Below are positions 20,452 to 30,357 of a stretch of 64,000 nucleotides of DNA, one piece after another. The translations under genes were made by a program, and so were the position numbers. The DNA is from Longimicrobiales bacterium (GTDB taxonomy: Bacteria > Gemmatimonadota > Gemmatimonadetes > Longimicrobiales > Gaopeijiaceae), in the NCBI GenBank assembly GCA_965116905.1, contig OZ220732.1:384001-448000 (forward strand), given 5' to 3'. The first letter of the stretch is position 1. The number at the start of each line of letters is the position of its first letter. The notes beneath the pieces are model-generated. The model ran no database searches and was not told where the DNA came from. It saw only the letters and a list, made by a program, of their open reading frames with translations.

Positions 20452-22059
20452 ATGTACAGATCCGTCCGCTACCTGGCAGGACTGCTCGTATTCGCTCTTG
20501 TTCCGGTGCTGGCCGCGTGCACCGTTGCCTACGAGGACGACGAAGGGGAGGGCACCCGCATCCGTGTTGGCTCCGCCGACTCGCCGGAACCCCTCCGCTT
20601 CGCCGTCGCCCGCTTCCAGCACGAGACCTGCACCTTCTGTCCCGGCGGCGACACGGAAGTCGACGACTGGCTGCGGGCCAGTGAACCCCTGTCCGGCGAG
20701 GCGCTGCTCTCGTCCGGCGGGTACGTGGGCGGGTTCGTCAAGCGCGCGCGGGAGTTCGGCGACGTCGAACTGGTGCCGCTGACCTCGCCGGTCGGCGTCT
20801 ACGGCGGGTCGTCCAGGAGCTGGAACACGAAGGAGACCTTCGACCACTTCCTCGAGATCATGCTCGCCGAACTGCGGGAGCAGCTCCCCGTCGACGGGGT
20901 CTACCTGGCCCTGCACGGCGCGATGGCGGTGCGCGACGTCCCGCGGCCCGAGGCGGAGATCGCGCGCCGCTTCCGCGAGGTGGTCGGGCTCGGCGTCCCC
21001 ATCGCGGGGGCCTTCGACCTGCACGGCAACGAGGACGCCGAGTTCCTGGAGCACGGCGACTTCTCCTTCGTCACCAAACGGTATCCCCACTACGATTCCT
21101 ACATCCAGGGCGAGCGCGCGGCCCGGGCGCTCAGGCTCGCGGCGCTGGGCGAATACCGGTCCACCACGGCCACCCGCAAGCCCGGCGTCATCACCGCCAC
21201 CGTGCTGCAGTGGACCGGGCAGTCCCCATCGATGGACATCATGGAGCGCGCCCGGCGGTGGGAGGCGCGGGAAAACGACGTGTACGTGAGCGTCTTCTAC
21301 GGCTATCCCTGGTCGGACGTACCCGACGTCGGCGCGACCGTGCAGGTCATGACCAACGACGACCAGGCGCTCGCCGACCGGATCGCGGACGACATGGACG
21401 ACTTCATCTGGCGCGTGCGCGAGGACTTCGCGGTGGGTGGCTACCCCGGCCCGGATGAGGCCGCCCGGATCGTCGCGACGGCCGTCGCTCGCGGCGAGAC
21501 CCCCGTGGCCGTCGGCGACCACAGCGACCGTCCCGGCGACGCAACCCACATCCTGAACGCCTTCGAGGCGGCCGGGATCGGCAACGTGCTGTACGGGACG
21601 ATCACCTCGCCCGCCACCCTGGAGGCCCTCGGCGCCGCAAACGCCCGGGCCGGCGACCCCTTCGACATGGAGATCGGCGGCTTCACGCCGTCGGGGGGTT
21701 CACCCCGGCGCATCGTCGGCACGGTGGAGTACTTCGGCGAAGGCTTCGGCTACGACGCTATCGCCGCGGTCTCCTTCGGCGACGGCAACGTCGTCTTCCT
21801 CACGCCCGCCTACACGCAGGTGCTCTACCCTGACGCCTTCCGCTACGGCGACATTGAGCCCGACGACCACGACGTCTTCGTGGTCAAGTCACGCGTCCAC
21901 TTCCGCCGCGGCTTCGACGAGACCGGCTACGCCCGCACGATCGTCATCGTCGAGGCGCCCGAGCCCTTCGTGGGAACGACCTTCCTGGACGCGTTATCGT
22001 ATGAGCACGCGAATCTGAGCGAACAGTATCCCTACGGAACGCCGCCCAAGCGACGGTGA
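20452..22059 (+). CDS. M81 (MlrC-like) metallopeptidase, lipoprotein
   Basis: VLAAC; HETCTF, LALHGAM, DLHGN, YPHYD and VKSRVHFR motifs. Confidence 0.85.
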   Translation: MYRSVRYLAGLLVFALVPVLAACTVAYEDDEGEGTRIRVGSADSPEPLRFAVARFQHETCTFCPGGDTEVDDWLRASEPLSGEALLSSGGYVGGFVKRAREFGDVELVPLTSPVGVYGGSSRSWNTKETFDHFLEIMLAELREQLPVDGVYLALHGAMAVRDVPRPEAEIARRFREVVGLGVPIAGAFDLHGNEDAEFLEHGDFSFVTKRYPHYDSYIQGERAARALRLAALGEYRSTTATRKPGVITATVLQWTGQSPSMDIMERARRWEARENDVYVSVFYGYPWSDVPDVGATVQVMTNDDQALADRIADDMDDFIWRVREDFAVGGYPGPDEAARIVATAVARGETPVAVGDHSDRPGDATHILNAFEAAGIGNVLYGTITSPATLEALGAANARAGDPFDMEIGGFTPSGGSPRRIVGTVEYFGEGFGYDAIAAVSFGDGNVVFLTPAYTQVLYPDAFRYGDIEPDDHDVFVVKSRVHFRRGFDETGYARTIVIVEAPEPFVGTTFLDALSYEHANLSEQYPYGTPPKRR

Positions 22060-22073
22060 CACTGAAAGGCCGA

Positions 22074-23099
22074 ATGAAGATCGACCGCGAGCAGGTGCGA
22101 CACTGGAAACGAGTCCTGTCTCCCTACTTCGGCCCGGATGATCGCCGGAGCGCGTGGCAGATGGGTTACACCGCCATCCTCTTCGCATCCGCCTGGGCGC
22201 TGATGTACTGGAGCCTCGGCGTCGGCTACTGGCTGACGCTGCTGCTGGCGATCCCCGCCGCGGGCCTGGCGATGCGCCTCTTCATGTTCCAGCACGACTG
22301 CGGGCACGGGTCCTACTTCAACTCGCGGCGGCTGGCATGCATCACCGGCTCGGTGATCGGCGTGCTCACGCTTACCCCCTACCACTACTGGCGGAAGACG
22401 CACGCGATCCACCACGCGCATTCGGGCGACCTGGACGTCCGCAGTTTCGGTGACATCGTCACGGTCACCGTCAAGGAATACGAGGCGATGTCGTTCCTGC
22501 AACGCTTCGGATACCGGTTCTACCGCAACCCATTCATCCTCTTCGGTCCCGGCGCGGCGTTCCAGTTCTTCGTCAAGCATCGGTTCCCGTGGGATGCGCC
22601 GAGAGGATGGAAACGGGAGTGGCTCTCCGTGTGGTGGACCAACGCCGCACTGGTCGCGATCCTGACCGTTGCGTGGCTCACGATCGGGATTGGCACCTTC
22701 CTCATGGTCCAGTTGCCGATCACCCTGATCTCCTGCTCGTTCGGGGTGTGGCTCTTCTACGTCCAGCACCAGTTCGAAGACGCATACTGGCACTGGCGCG
22801 ACGACTGGAACTACTTCGACGCCGGCCTTCACGGGTCCTCGTTCCTGCGCCTCCCGAAGGTCCTGCAGTGGTTCACGGCGAACATCGGGCTCCACCACGT
22901 CCATCATCTGAGCGCGCGGATCCCCAACTACCGGCTCCAGCGCTGCCACGACGAGAACCCGGAACTGTGGCAGGCCCCGACGATGACGCTGTGGGACGGA
23001 CTCAAGACCCTTCGCCTGGCTTTGTGGGACGAGGGACGGCGGAAGCTGATCTCGTTTCGCGAGTATCGGCGGCTGCGGACGGCGGGCGCACATTCGTGA
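22074..23099 (+). CDS. Membrane fatty acid desaturase
   Basis: Three His boxes HDCGH, HAIHH and HHVHH; FYVQHQFE. Confidence 0.9.
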   Translation: MKIDREQVRHWKRVLSPYFGPDDRRSAWQMGYTAILFASAWALMYWSLGVGYWLTLLLAIPAAGLAMRLFMFQHDCGHGSYFNSRRLACITGSVIGVLTLTPYHYWRKTHAIHHAHSGDLDVRSFGDIVTVTVKEYEAMSFLQRFGYRFYRNPFILFGPGAAFQFFVKHRFPWDAPRGWKREWLSVWWTNAALVAILTVAWLTIGIGTFLMVQLPITLISCSFGVWLFYVQHQFEDAYWHWRDDWNYFDAGLHGSSFLRLPKVLQWFTANIGLHHVHHLSARIPNYRLQRCHDENPELWQAPTMTLWDGLKTLRLALWDEGRRKLISFREYRRLRTAGAHS

Positions 23100-23575
23100 G
23101 ATCGTCGGTGAAGGAATCGAGAAAACGGGTCCGTGGAGCGGTCGGTCTGCTGATCGCCGTAACCGCGCCCATAGCATGCGGAGATGATATGACCGGTCCT
23201 GAGAGCATCGAGCAGGCCCAGTTCGCGGCCTCGCTGGATATCGACCTTGCGGACTTTACGCGCACTTCGTCCGGCCTCTACTACGATGATGTCGAGCCGG
23301 GGACGGGCGACCCGGCGGCCTCCGGCCAGAGCGTGCGCGTCGCCTATACCGGCTGGCTGACCAGCGGCGCCCAGTTCGACAGCGGCGAGTTCGCGTTTCT
23401 CCTCGGGGCCGGCCAGGTCGTACCCGGCTTTGACGAAGGCGTACAGGGGATGCGCGTCGGAGGGATTCGCAGGATCATCATCCCGCCGGAGCTGGGGTAC
23501 GGGAACCGTGGCAGCGGACCCGTTCCTCCCAACGCGATCATGATCTTCCGGATCGAGGTGCTGTCGATCGGGTAG
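23096..23575 (+). CDS. FKBP-type peptidyl-prolyl isomerase, lipoprotein
   Basis: YTGWL, FDS, VVPGFDEGVQGM and IPPELGYG; PIACG lipobox. Confidence 0.9.
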   Translation: MRSSVKESRKRVRGAVGLLIAVTAPIACGDDMTGPESIEQAQFAASLDIDLADFTRTSSGLYYDDVEPGTGDPAASGQSVRVAYTGWLTSGAQFDSGEFAFLLGAGQVVPGFDEGVQGMRVGGIRRIIIPPELGYGNRGSGPVPPNAIMIFRIEVLSIG

Positions 23576-23596
23576 GGGTCCGGACGGCGGGCGCGC

Positions 23597-23971
23597 TCAA
23601 TCCGCCGTCGACACTCCCAGTTCGCTCAACCTCGTGAAGTCGTCGCGATTAGCGGTGGCAACCGGCGCGTCGTCGGCCAGGGCCACCGCCGCGATCATGC
23701 AGTCGATGAGCGACCCCCGTCGACGACCCGATTCGTTGTAGAGTCGTGCGGCGGTCTCCGCATCGCTCCTGGTGAAATCCCGGTGCTCATCGATGATCGC
23801 TCCCGCCACGGCCAACTCCGACGACGTCAGCGGCCCGCACTGAAACTCGGCCCAGGCCACCGAGCACACTGCCAGCGACTCGCCGTTGGCAATCCATCGC
23901 CGAAGCGCCCGATCCTCCGGTGTGCCGCGACCGAGGGCGCGGATCAGGAAGCTCGTATCGAGGTGGATCAT
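23597..23971 (-). CDS. vapC: VapC PIN-domain toxin
   Basis: MIHLDTSFLI, AEF, DCMIAA and TAN.DDF; ATGA overlap with the antitoxin. Confidence 0.88.
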   Translation of the reverse strand: MIHLDTSFLIRALGRGTPEDRALRRWIANGESLAVCSVAWAEFQCGPLTSSELAVAGAIIDEHRDFTRSDAETAARLYNESGRRRGSLIDCMIAAVALADDAPVATANRDDFTRLSELGVSTAD

Positions 23972-24255
23972 TCGGATCCGACCCAGGGCCGCCCCCCTGC
24001 TGCGGCACGCTCGGCACCGAGGTCCTTCTCCCACTGGCCGAGGTCGACCCCGCGCTCGCGCACGGTGTCCTGGAGCCGGGTGAGCGCCTCCAGAGCGACG
24101 CTCTCGTCCCCGTCGTCACCCGCTACCAGCGCAATGCGGAGCGCACGGCGGATGACTTCGGACTTGGACACGTCCCAACGCCGTGCGAGCGCCTCGAGGG
24201 TGCGGACCGAGTCCACGTCGAGGGAATAGGTGGATTTGATGGTAGTTATGGCCAT
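23968..24255 (-). CDS. vapB: CopG/RHH antitoxin
   Basis: STYSLD...LEALARRWDVSKSEVIRRAL, directly upstream of vapC. Confidence 0.85.
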   Translation of the reverse strand: MAITTIKSTYSLDVDSVRTLEALARRWDVSKSEVIRRALRIALVAGDDGDESVALEALTRLQDTVRERGVDLGQWEKDLGAERAAAGGRPWVGSE

Positions 24256-24291
24256 ACTCAATAGTATGGCCTTACTCCAATCCCTCGTCAA
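24250..24291 (-). promoter_or_regulatory. vapBC promoter with palindromic operator (apparently leaderless)
   Basis: TTGACG-17-CATACT-7-ATG; perfect IR GGCCATACT-N4-AGTATGGCC at 24250-24271. Confidence 0.7.
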
Positions 24292-24392
24292 ACCCTCGGG
24301 CCCGGTTTCCAGCATCCGATGACTGCCGCGGCCGCCCCCGCCCACACCCGGCTTCGCCGCTCGGATGCCGGGGGGATCTTGTCCACGGGCCC

Positions 24393-24857
24393 CTAAGCCC
24401 CCACCAGCTCCCCCAGCACGAACACGTCGGTGAGCAGTGCCCTCACGTGGATCGACGCGTTGAGGTTGTCGATCAGCTGGGACGAAACGGAAGCCTGCGC
24501 CGCCACCAGCCTCACCAGCGCCCGGGAGGCCTCCGCGTCTCGCCGGAGCACGTCCAGCGCCGCCTCCACGGCCGCAGGGTCCGCGCCGGGTGCGTCGCTC
24601 GTCGCCGCGCCCGCGGCCGCGCCCTCACCGCCGCCAGGTTCGGCCGACCCTGCCGCGCCGCCCGCTCCAGCCTCCAGCAGGCGCCCCCGGAAAGCCTCGT
24701 CCAGTCCGTCGAGAGCCTCTTCGAAGCCGCGCAGGAACGTCCGCACCTGTTCCCCCGCCTTACTGGCCGAATCGTCCGCCAGGCCCTGCGCGGCGTAGGC
24801 GAGGAAGAACTCGTAGCCCTCCTCGATCGCGTCAATCCTGCGCTTCAGGTCGTCCAG
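24393..24857 (-). CDS. Hypothetical helical protein, last gene of the Mo-enzyme operon; probable CTG start
   Basis: Frame stays open upstream of GTG 24746 with coding-like DDLKRRIDAIEEGYEFFLAYAAQG; CTG lies 1 nt after the cytochrome b stop. Confidence 0.6.
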   Translation of the reverse strand: MDDLKRRIDAIEEGYEFFLAYAAQGLADDSASKAGEQVRTFLRGFEEALDGLDEAFRGRLLEAGAGGAAGSAEPGGGEGAAAGAATSDAPGADPAAVEAALDVLRRDAEASRALVRLVAAQASVSSQLIDNLNASIHVRALLTDVFVLGELVGA

Positions 24858-24858
24858 G

Positions 24859-25695
24859 TCAGTCGCCCTCAGCCTCGGCCGCCTGCGTGCCCGCCTCCGG
24901 GACCGTCCAGCGTGCGGGGTCGTGGTTTTCGAGGTAGCGGTCGCGGTCGATCCAGCCGTTGATCATGGACCAGGTCATCCAGCGCTTCTCGGGGCGGATC
25001 GCGAAGTACACGTGCGCGATCACGAGGAAGATCAGGCCGATGCCGCAGATGCCGTGGATCACGTAGATCCAGCCCCAGGCGGTGTCGCTGAACATGTACG
25101 TCCGCTCGGCCCAGAGGAAGTTGTCGATCCGGAACATCATCAGGACGCCGGTGACAACGGCGCCGAGCGTGGCGACCATGGCGGCATGGTGGAACATCTT
25201 CTGGTCCACCGGATACTTGCCGGAGCGCGGGCGTTCGGCGTCGGATTGGCCCAGCGCAGCCTTCAGGCCGAGCTTGCCCTCTTCGATGTCGCGGCGGTCG
25301 ATCCACATCGTCCAGAAGTCCTGCTTTGCGAAGACGTGGTAGATGTGGTAGATGACCGTCAGAATGAGCAGGACGCCGGCGATCCAGTGGATGGTGACCC
25401 AGGGAAACTGGATCCCGATCACCGGGAAGAAGGCGGTGATCAGCAGCGCGAACATGGTCGCGCTCATCGACCAGTGGAATCCGCGCGCGCCGGGCTTGTG
25501 ACGCTGGAGCTTCTCGGGGAGCCCCTCCGCCTCGTCGGGGTCGATCTCGCCCGTGCCGACCTTCTTGGGGACCATGAGCGCGTGCACTACCACGAAGACG
25601 GCACCGATGATCACGGCCGCCCAGATCAGGTCCCACGAGACCCCGATCGGGACGTCTTCGCCCCAGGGGTTCAGTGCCCGCCGAAGGAATTCCAT
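24859..25695 (-). CDS. Cytochrome b, formate dehydrogenase gamma (FdnI)-like
   Basis: TM helices with His residues FHWS, IHWIAG, IHGICG and AHVYFA; GKYPVDQK. Confidence 0.85.
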   Translation of the reverse strand: MEFLRRALNPWGEDVPIGVSWDLIWAAVIIGAVFVVVHALMVPKKVGTGEIDPDEAEGLPEKLQRHKPGARGFHWSMSATMFALLITAFFPVIGIQFPWVTIHWIAGVLLILTVIYHIYHVFAKQDFWTMWIDRRDIEEGKLGLKAALGQSDAERPRSGKYPVDQKMFHHAAMVATLGAVVTGVLMMFRIDNFLWAERTYMFSDTAWGWIYVIHGICGIGLIFLVIAHVYFAIRPEKRWMTWSMINGWIDRDRYLENHDPARWTVPEAGTQAAEAEGD

Positions 25696-25710
25696 GGTCT
25701 AGTCTCTCCG

Positions 25711-26712
25711 TCAGACCGCGTCGCGAATCGACCGCCGCACCAGGTTCCGCGTGAGGGCGATCTTGTAGTCGTTGTGCCGGAGCGCGCGGGCGTCCTCGAC
25801 CGCGATTTCCCCGGCCATCTGTCCGGTCTCGTCGCTGGGCTCGCGTCCGCGGATCGCCGCCTCGACCGCGCCCATCCGAACCGGGTACGGAGCGATGCTG
25901 TTCACCACGATCCGCGCGTCCTGGATCACGCCGCCCTGCACGTTGATCACCGACGCGACGCTCACCAGCGAGAAGTCCCATGACTTGCGGTCACGGATCT
26001 TCTCGAAGTACCACCGCGCGCCCTCCCACGGGGCGGGCAACACAACGCGGGTGAGGAGGTCGCCGGGCTCGAGCACGGTCATCCGCTCGATGTCGATGTC
26101 CGGGCCGATGAAGAAGTCGGCGGCCGGGTAGGTCCGCTCGCCGGAGGTGCTGACCACCACCATCTCGGCGTCGAGGGCGACGAGTGCGGGGGCGGTGTCG
26201 GAGGGGTTGACCGCAACACAGCGGTCCGCGCCCACGATACAGTGTTCCCGGTTCATCGAGCGCCGCGTGGCGGCGTAGCAGATGTTGCCCCCCGCGCGGT
26301 AGCACGGCCACCCGCTCCGGTAGTACCAGCAGCGGGTATCCTGCACGATGTTGCCGCCGAGCGTGCCCTGGTTGCGGATCTGCGGCGTGGCGACGAGGCC
26401 GGCCGCATCGGCGAGGAGCGGGTACCGGCTCTGCACGTCGGTGTGTTCGGCCACGTCGGTGAGACTGGTCATGGCCCCGATGTCGAGCCCGCCGTCGTCG
26501 GCGCCCGCGATGCCGCGGATCTCGTCCACGCCCCCGAGGTCGATCACCGCCGCGGGACGCTTGATGCGGTCCTTGAACCAGTCGAAGGTGTCCAGTCCGC
26601 CGGCCAGCACCCATCCGTCGCTTCCGTGCTCGTCCATCAGACGCACCGCGTCGTCGACGCCCGCCGGCTGATAGAGCTCGAACGGCGGGATCATGTCACG
26701 TATGACAGCCAC
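25711..26712 (-). CDS. Xanthine dehydrogenase family FAD subunit with 4Fe-4S insert (PaoB/YagS-like)
   Basis: AGGLD, QIRNQGTLGGN; CWYYR..CYRAGGNIC...C.AVNPSD. Confidence 0.9.
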   Translation of the reverse strand: MAVIRDMIPPFELYQPAGVDDAVRLMDEHGSDGWVLAGGLDTFDWFKDRIKRPAAVIDLGGVDEIRGIAGADDGGLDIGAMTSLTDVAEHTDVQSRYPLLADAAGLVATPQIRNQGTLGGNIVQDTRCWYYRSGWPCYRAGGNICYAATRRSMNREHCIVGADRCVAVNPSDTAPALVALDAEMVVVSTSGERTYPAADFFIGPDIDIERMTVLEPGDLLTRVVLPAPWEGARWYFEKIRDRKSWDFSLVSVASVINVQGGVIQDARIVVNSIAPYPVRMGAVEAAIRGREPSDETGQMAGEIAVEDARALRHNDYKIALTRNLVRRSIRDAV

Positions 26713-26747
26713 TTTGATTCTCCTTGGTCAGCCGTGCGTGTTCACGG

Positions 26748-29144
26748 TCAGACGTGGGTGTCCAGCAACCCGTAGGGACGGGGCCGGTCTTCCAGCTCCG
26801 CCAGGATCATGTCGGAGGTCAGCGGGGTCCGGCAGAGGCACATGCCGCCCATGGCGTCGGCCACCGCGCAGACGTAGGCCGCTTCCCCGGCTCCGACCGG
26901 CGGCTCGCCGATCCCCTTGGCTCCGACCGGGGTGTGCGGGTCCGGCTCGTTGACCGCCGCAAAGCGCGGGCTCAACGGCACATCGAGGATGCCCGGGGGC
27001 CGCGCCGTGTAGAACCGTTTGGTGAACGGGATGCCCCACTTGGGGTCGAAGACCCAGCGCTGGCTCTTCGCCATCCCGATCCCCTGGAAGACGCCGCCGT
27101 TGGTCTGCGCGGCCAGGCTGCGCGGGTGGATCACGGTGCCGCAGTCGGTCGCCGACGCGATATCCACGATCTCGACCTCGCCGGTTTCGATGTCGAGCTC
27201 GACCTGGGCGAAGGTGGCCACCCAGGTGAAGACCGCGCCTTCGCGCGGGTAGTTGTCGCGGGCCGCGGCGATGAGGCCCTGGCCCGCCAGCCCGGCGACC
27301 GCCGCCTTGGTGGCGTCGTTGAGGTCTTCGGGGACGACTTCGCCGCTGAACTTGCCGCCTCGCGCCATGGCGCGCTCCGCCGCCTGTGCGAAGCTCAGGC
27401 CGGACGCGCGGTTCCCGGCGCGGAAGACCCGACCGTCGGCGACGCGGTAGTCGCCCGGTGAGCCGCCCAGCTCGCCCGCGGCCAACTCCTGCAACAGGCC
27501 TACCATGGCGGTTGCCGCCGCGTGGTTGGCGCGGGTGTGGGCATGCGTTGTCTGACTGCCCGCCTGCACCGTGCTGAAGGGCAGGTGCTTGCTGGTGTCG
27601 CCCCAAACGATCACGACGTCGTCCCAGGAGAGGTCGAGGACGTCGGCTGCGGGGCGGGCGGTGTCGGCAATCGAGTGCGTGCCCAGGTTGCCGATCCCCT
27701 GGTGCACATGGAGCTTGCCGTCGGGACGGATGACCAGAAGGCCGTCGCGGCCCGCGCTTCCGGCGGTGAAAGGACTCAGGCCCATGCCGACGCCGGTGAC
27801 CTTGGTGCCGTTGCGCTGTCCGGAAAGCTGACTCTTCTCTTCCCAGTTGAAGAGCTCGCCGCCCAGATCGAGCGCCTCGCGCACGTACGCGCTGGTGAAC
27901 GGGTTCCGGTTTTGTCCCAGCCAGCCGTCGTGGCCCGGTGCGTTGATCTTGCGGATCTCCAGTCGGTCGACGCCGAGCTCTCGCGCGGCCTTGTCCACCA
28001 CCGGCTCCAGCATGGCGACGATCTGCGCGCCACCCGGGGCCCGCTGGGCCGAACGCGGGGGCGTGTTCGTGTACACTGGCACGCCGCGGAAACGCATGTT
28101 CTCGGGTTGGTACGAAGCGGTGGCCACGGTCGCCGCCGTGAAGAGGTCGCTGGCCCCGTACGACCCGCTGTCCTGAACCAGATACAGGTCCAGCGCGGTC
28201 ATGCGGCCGTCGCTGCGGAATCCGATCCTGGCCCATCCCTGGAAGCCGGCGCGCGCCCGCCCAATGTAGTTCTCCTCGTAGCGCGTGATCCGCAGCATGA
28301 CCGGCCGGCCGATCTTGCGGGATAGTACCGCGGGCACCGCCATGATGGGCACGCCCGCGATCTTGCTGCCGAAGCCGCCGCCGCAGTACTCGCCGATCAT
28401 CACCACGTCCTCGACGTCGACGCCCGCCATCGCGGCCACGGGTCCCCGCGTGCGCTCCGTGCTCTGCGTGGAGCCGTGCAGGAAGAGCTTGCCGTTCTGC
28501 CAGTACGCCATGCAGGAGCGGGGCTCCATGGGGTGGTGAGTGACCGATTGGTGGACGATGGTCTCTTCGACGATCACATCGGCCTCTCCGAACGCCGCGT
28601 CCACGTCGCCCATGGCCCACTCGGCCGTCGGCTCGCCCATGGGCAGCCGGTCCGATCCCGCCTCTTCGAAGACGCTGCCGGGCCACTTGAGCGACGTCGG
28701 CCCGTCCTCGCCGGGGACGTTACCGTCCAGGCGCGCGTTCGGGCCGCCTTCGCGGAGGCTGTCGAGCGGATCGAGCACGAAGGGAAGCGGCTCCAGGTCG
28801 ACCCGGATCGCTTCGACGGCCGCGGCCGCCGTCGTCTCGTCCACTGCCGCCACCGCCAGAATGGGCGCTCCCTCGTACAGGGGCTCGTCGGACAGCGCGC
28901 CTTCGCGCGTGCCCTGCTCCGGCCGCGGCAGCTCCGACGCCCTCAGGATGCCCAGCACGCCCTCCATCGCCTCGGCCCTGCTGGTGTCCACGCTGCGGAC
29001 CCTGGCGTGCGGCATCGGGCTCAGCAGGAGCTTTGCGAAGGCCATGCCCTCCGCGTGGAAGTCCTCGGCGTAGCGCGCCCGCCCCGTGATCTTCGCGTGA
29101 AGATCCGGTGGGGAGATGTCGGTGCCGATTACGTTCTCAGCCAT
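26748..29144 (-). CDS. Xanthine dehydrogenase family molybdopterin-binding subunit
   Basis: KITGRARY, GGGFGSK, QRAPGG and GAKGIGEPP motifs. Confidence 0.92.
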   Translation of the reverse strand: MAENVIGTDISPPDLHAKITGRARYAEDFHAEGMAFAKLLLSPMPHARVRSVDTSRAEAMEGVLGILRASELPRPEQGTREGALSDEPLYEGAPILAVAAVDETTAAAAVEAIRVDLEPLPFVLDPLDSLREGGPNARLDGNVPGEDGPTSLKWPGSVFEEAGSDRLPMGEPTAEWAMGDVDAAFGEADVIVEETIVHQSVTHHPMEPRSCMAYWQNGKLFLHGSTQSTERTRGPVAAMAGVDVEDVVMIGEYCGGGFGSKIAGVPIMAVPAVLSRKIGRPVMLRITRYEENYIGRARAGFQGWARIGFRSDGRMTALDLYLVQDSGSYGASDLFTAATVATASYQPENMRFRGVPVYTNTPPRSAQRAPGGAQIVAMLEPVVDKAARELGVDRLEIRKINAPGHDGWLGQNRNPFTSAYVREALDLGGELFNWEEKSQLSGQRNGTKVTGVGMGLSPFTAGSAGRDGLLVIRPDGKLHVHQGIGNLGTHSIADTARPAADVLDLSWDDVVIVWGDTSKHLPFSTVQAGSQTTHAHTRANHAAATAMVGLLQELAAGELGGSPGDYRVADGRVFRAGNRASGLSFAQAAERAMARGGKFSGEVVPEDLNDATKAAVAGLAGQGLIAAARDNYPREGAVFTWVATFAQVELDIETGEVEIVDIASATDCGTVIHPRSLAAQTNGGVFQGIGMAKSQRWVFDPKWGIPFTKRFYTARPPGILDVPLSPRFAAVNEPDPHTPVGAKGIGEPPVGAGEAAYVCAVADAMGGMCLCRTPLTSDMILAELEDRPRPYGLLDTHV

Positions 29145-29157
29145 CTCGATTCTCCTC

Positions 29158-29811
29158 TCAGGCCCGGGAACGGGACAGCTCGGCCGCCCGCATCGCCGTG
29201 TTCAGGATCTTGTCGTAGTCGCCGCAGCGGCAGAGGTTGCCCGAGAGCAGGACCGCCGCCTCTTCGCGGGTCGGGGCCGGGTTCTTGTCGAGCATGCCGA
29301 CCATGCTCATCACGAAGCCCGGCGCGCAGAAGGCGCACTGGAAGCCGCCCTCGTCGATGACCGCCTGCTGGACCGGGTGCAGCTCTCCGTCCTGCTCCAG
29401 CCCCTCGATCGACGTGACCTCCCGGCCCGCCACCGAGTGCGTCAGGATCGAGCAGCCGTAGTGGGTGACCCCGTCGAGGAGCACCGTGCAAGCGCCGCAT
29501 TCCGCGCGGTCGCAGCCCAGCTTGGTGCCGGTGAGGCCGAGCTGGTAGCGGAGCGTCATGGCGAGCGTCTCGTGCTTGGGAACGTCCACGCGGCGCTGCT
29601 GCCCGTTGATGTTGAGGGTGATGAGCCGCTCCACCGCGTCCTGGGCGGAGAGCATGGGCGCCAGCACGCCACTGCCGCGGAACAGGTAGCCCGCGGCCGA
29701 TGCGGTGGCGCCGGTGGCGATCACCCCCTTGATGAACTTGCGGCGGGTGAAGCCGCCTCGGCGTGACTGGATGACTTCGGGTTGCAACATCTCGCTCTGC
29801 ACCTCACTCAC
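29158..29811 (-). CDS. (2Fe-2S) subunit with Tat signal (PaoA/YagT-like)
   Basis: FTRRKFIKG; CDRAECGACT; QCAFC; NLCRC; start may be ATG 29790; TATAAT on the minus strand at 29844-29849. Confidence 0.9.
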   Translation of the reverse strand: MSEVQSEMLQPEVIQSRRGGFTRRKFIKGVIATGATASAAGYLFRGSGVLAPMLSAQDAVERLITLNINGQQRRVDVPKHETLAMTLRYQLGLTGTKLGCDRAECGACTVLLDGVTHYGCSILTHSVAGREVTSIEGLEQDGELHPVQQAVIDEGGFQCAFCAPGFVMSMVGMLDKNPAPTREEAAVLLSGNLCRCGDYDKILNTAMRAAELSRSRA

Positions 29812-29904
29812 GGATGAAGGGCGGGGCCGGTAATCTGGCTGACATTATACGGCGGGGTGGGCGATCCGGCCAACCGGGGGGGTGGAGAGCGGCATGGGCG
29901 CGCG

Positions 29905-30357
29905 TCAGTCGCTGAGAGACGGCGTCAACCGGATTACCGCCACCGCGTCGCGTCCCTGCGGACCAGCGAGTTCAGCCAAGCCACGGTCGAAGGATGCCAG
30001 GCGTCCGCCATGCCGAAGGGCCAGTGCGAGCAGGTGGGCGTCGGTGACCTGCCGGTAGCCGGTGACGCGCCCGAATGGGGCGGCCTGCGGATCAGCCGGC
30101 GAGATTTCGTCCGCCCAAAAGACGTGGCCTGGCAATCCCCGAATTCGCCGGAGTAGGGCGATGGCTTCACCTGGCGTGCATGCTTTCGGTATGGCGCGCC
30201 GGTTGCTCGAGACCCTCACAAAACCGGACTCGGTGACTGGACAGGTGGCCCAGCCACGGTTCCGATTCGCCCGGAACCACTGATGCGCAGCGGCGTGGTG
30301 CACATGATTCGGCCACGCCAGAGCGACAAGGACATTGACGTCCAGGAGGCTGGTCAG
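29905..30357 (-). CDS. vapC: VapC PIN toxin; probable CTG start overlapping the antitoxin stop
   Basis: LLDVNVLVAL..P.H.HH, TESGFVRV, QVTDAHL and SFD motifs. Confidence 0.85.
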   Translation of the reverse strand: MTSLLDVNVLVALAWPNHVHHAAAHQWFRANRNRGWATCPVTESGFVRVSSNRRAIPKACTPGEAIALLRRIRGLPGHVFWADEISPADPQAAPFGRVTGYRQVTDAHLLALALRHGGRLASFDRGLAELAGPQGRDAVAVIRLTPSLSD

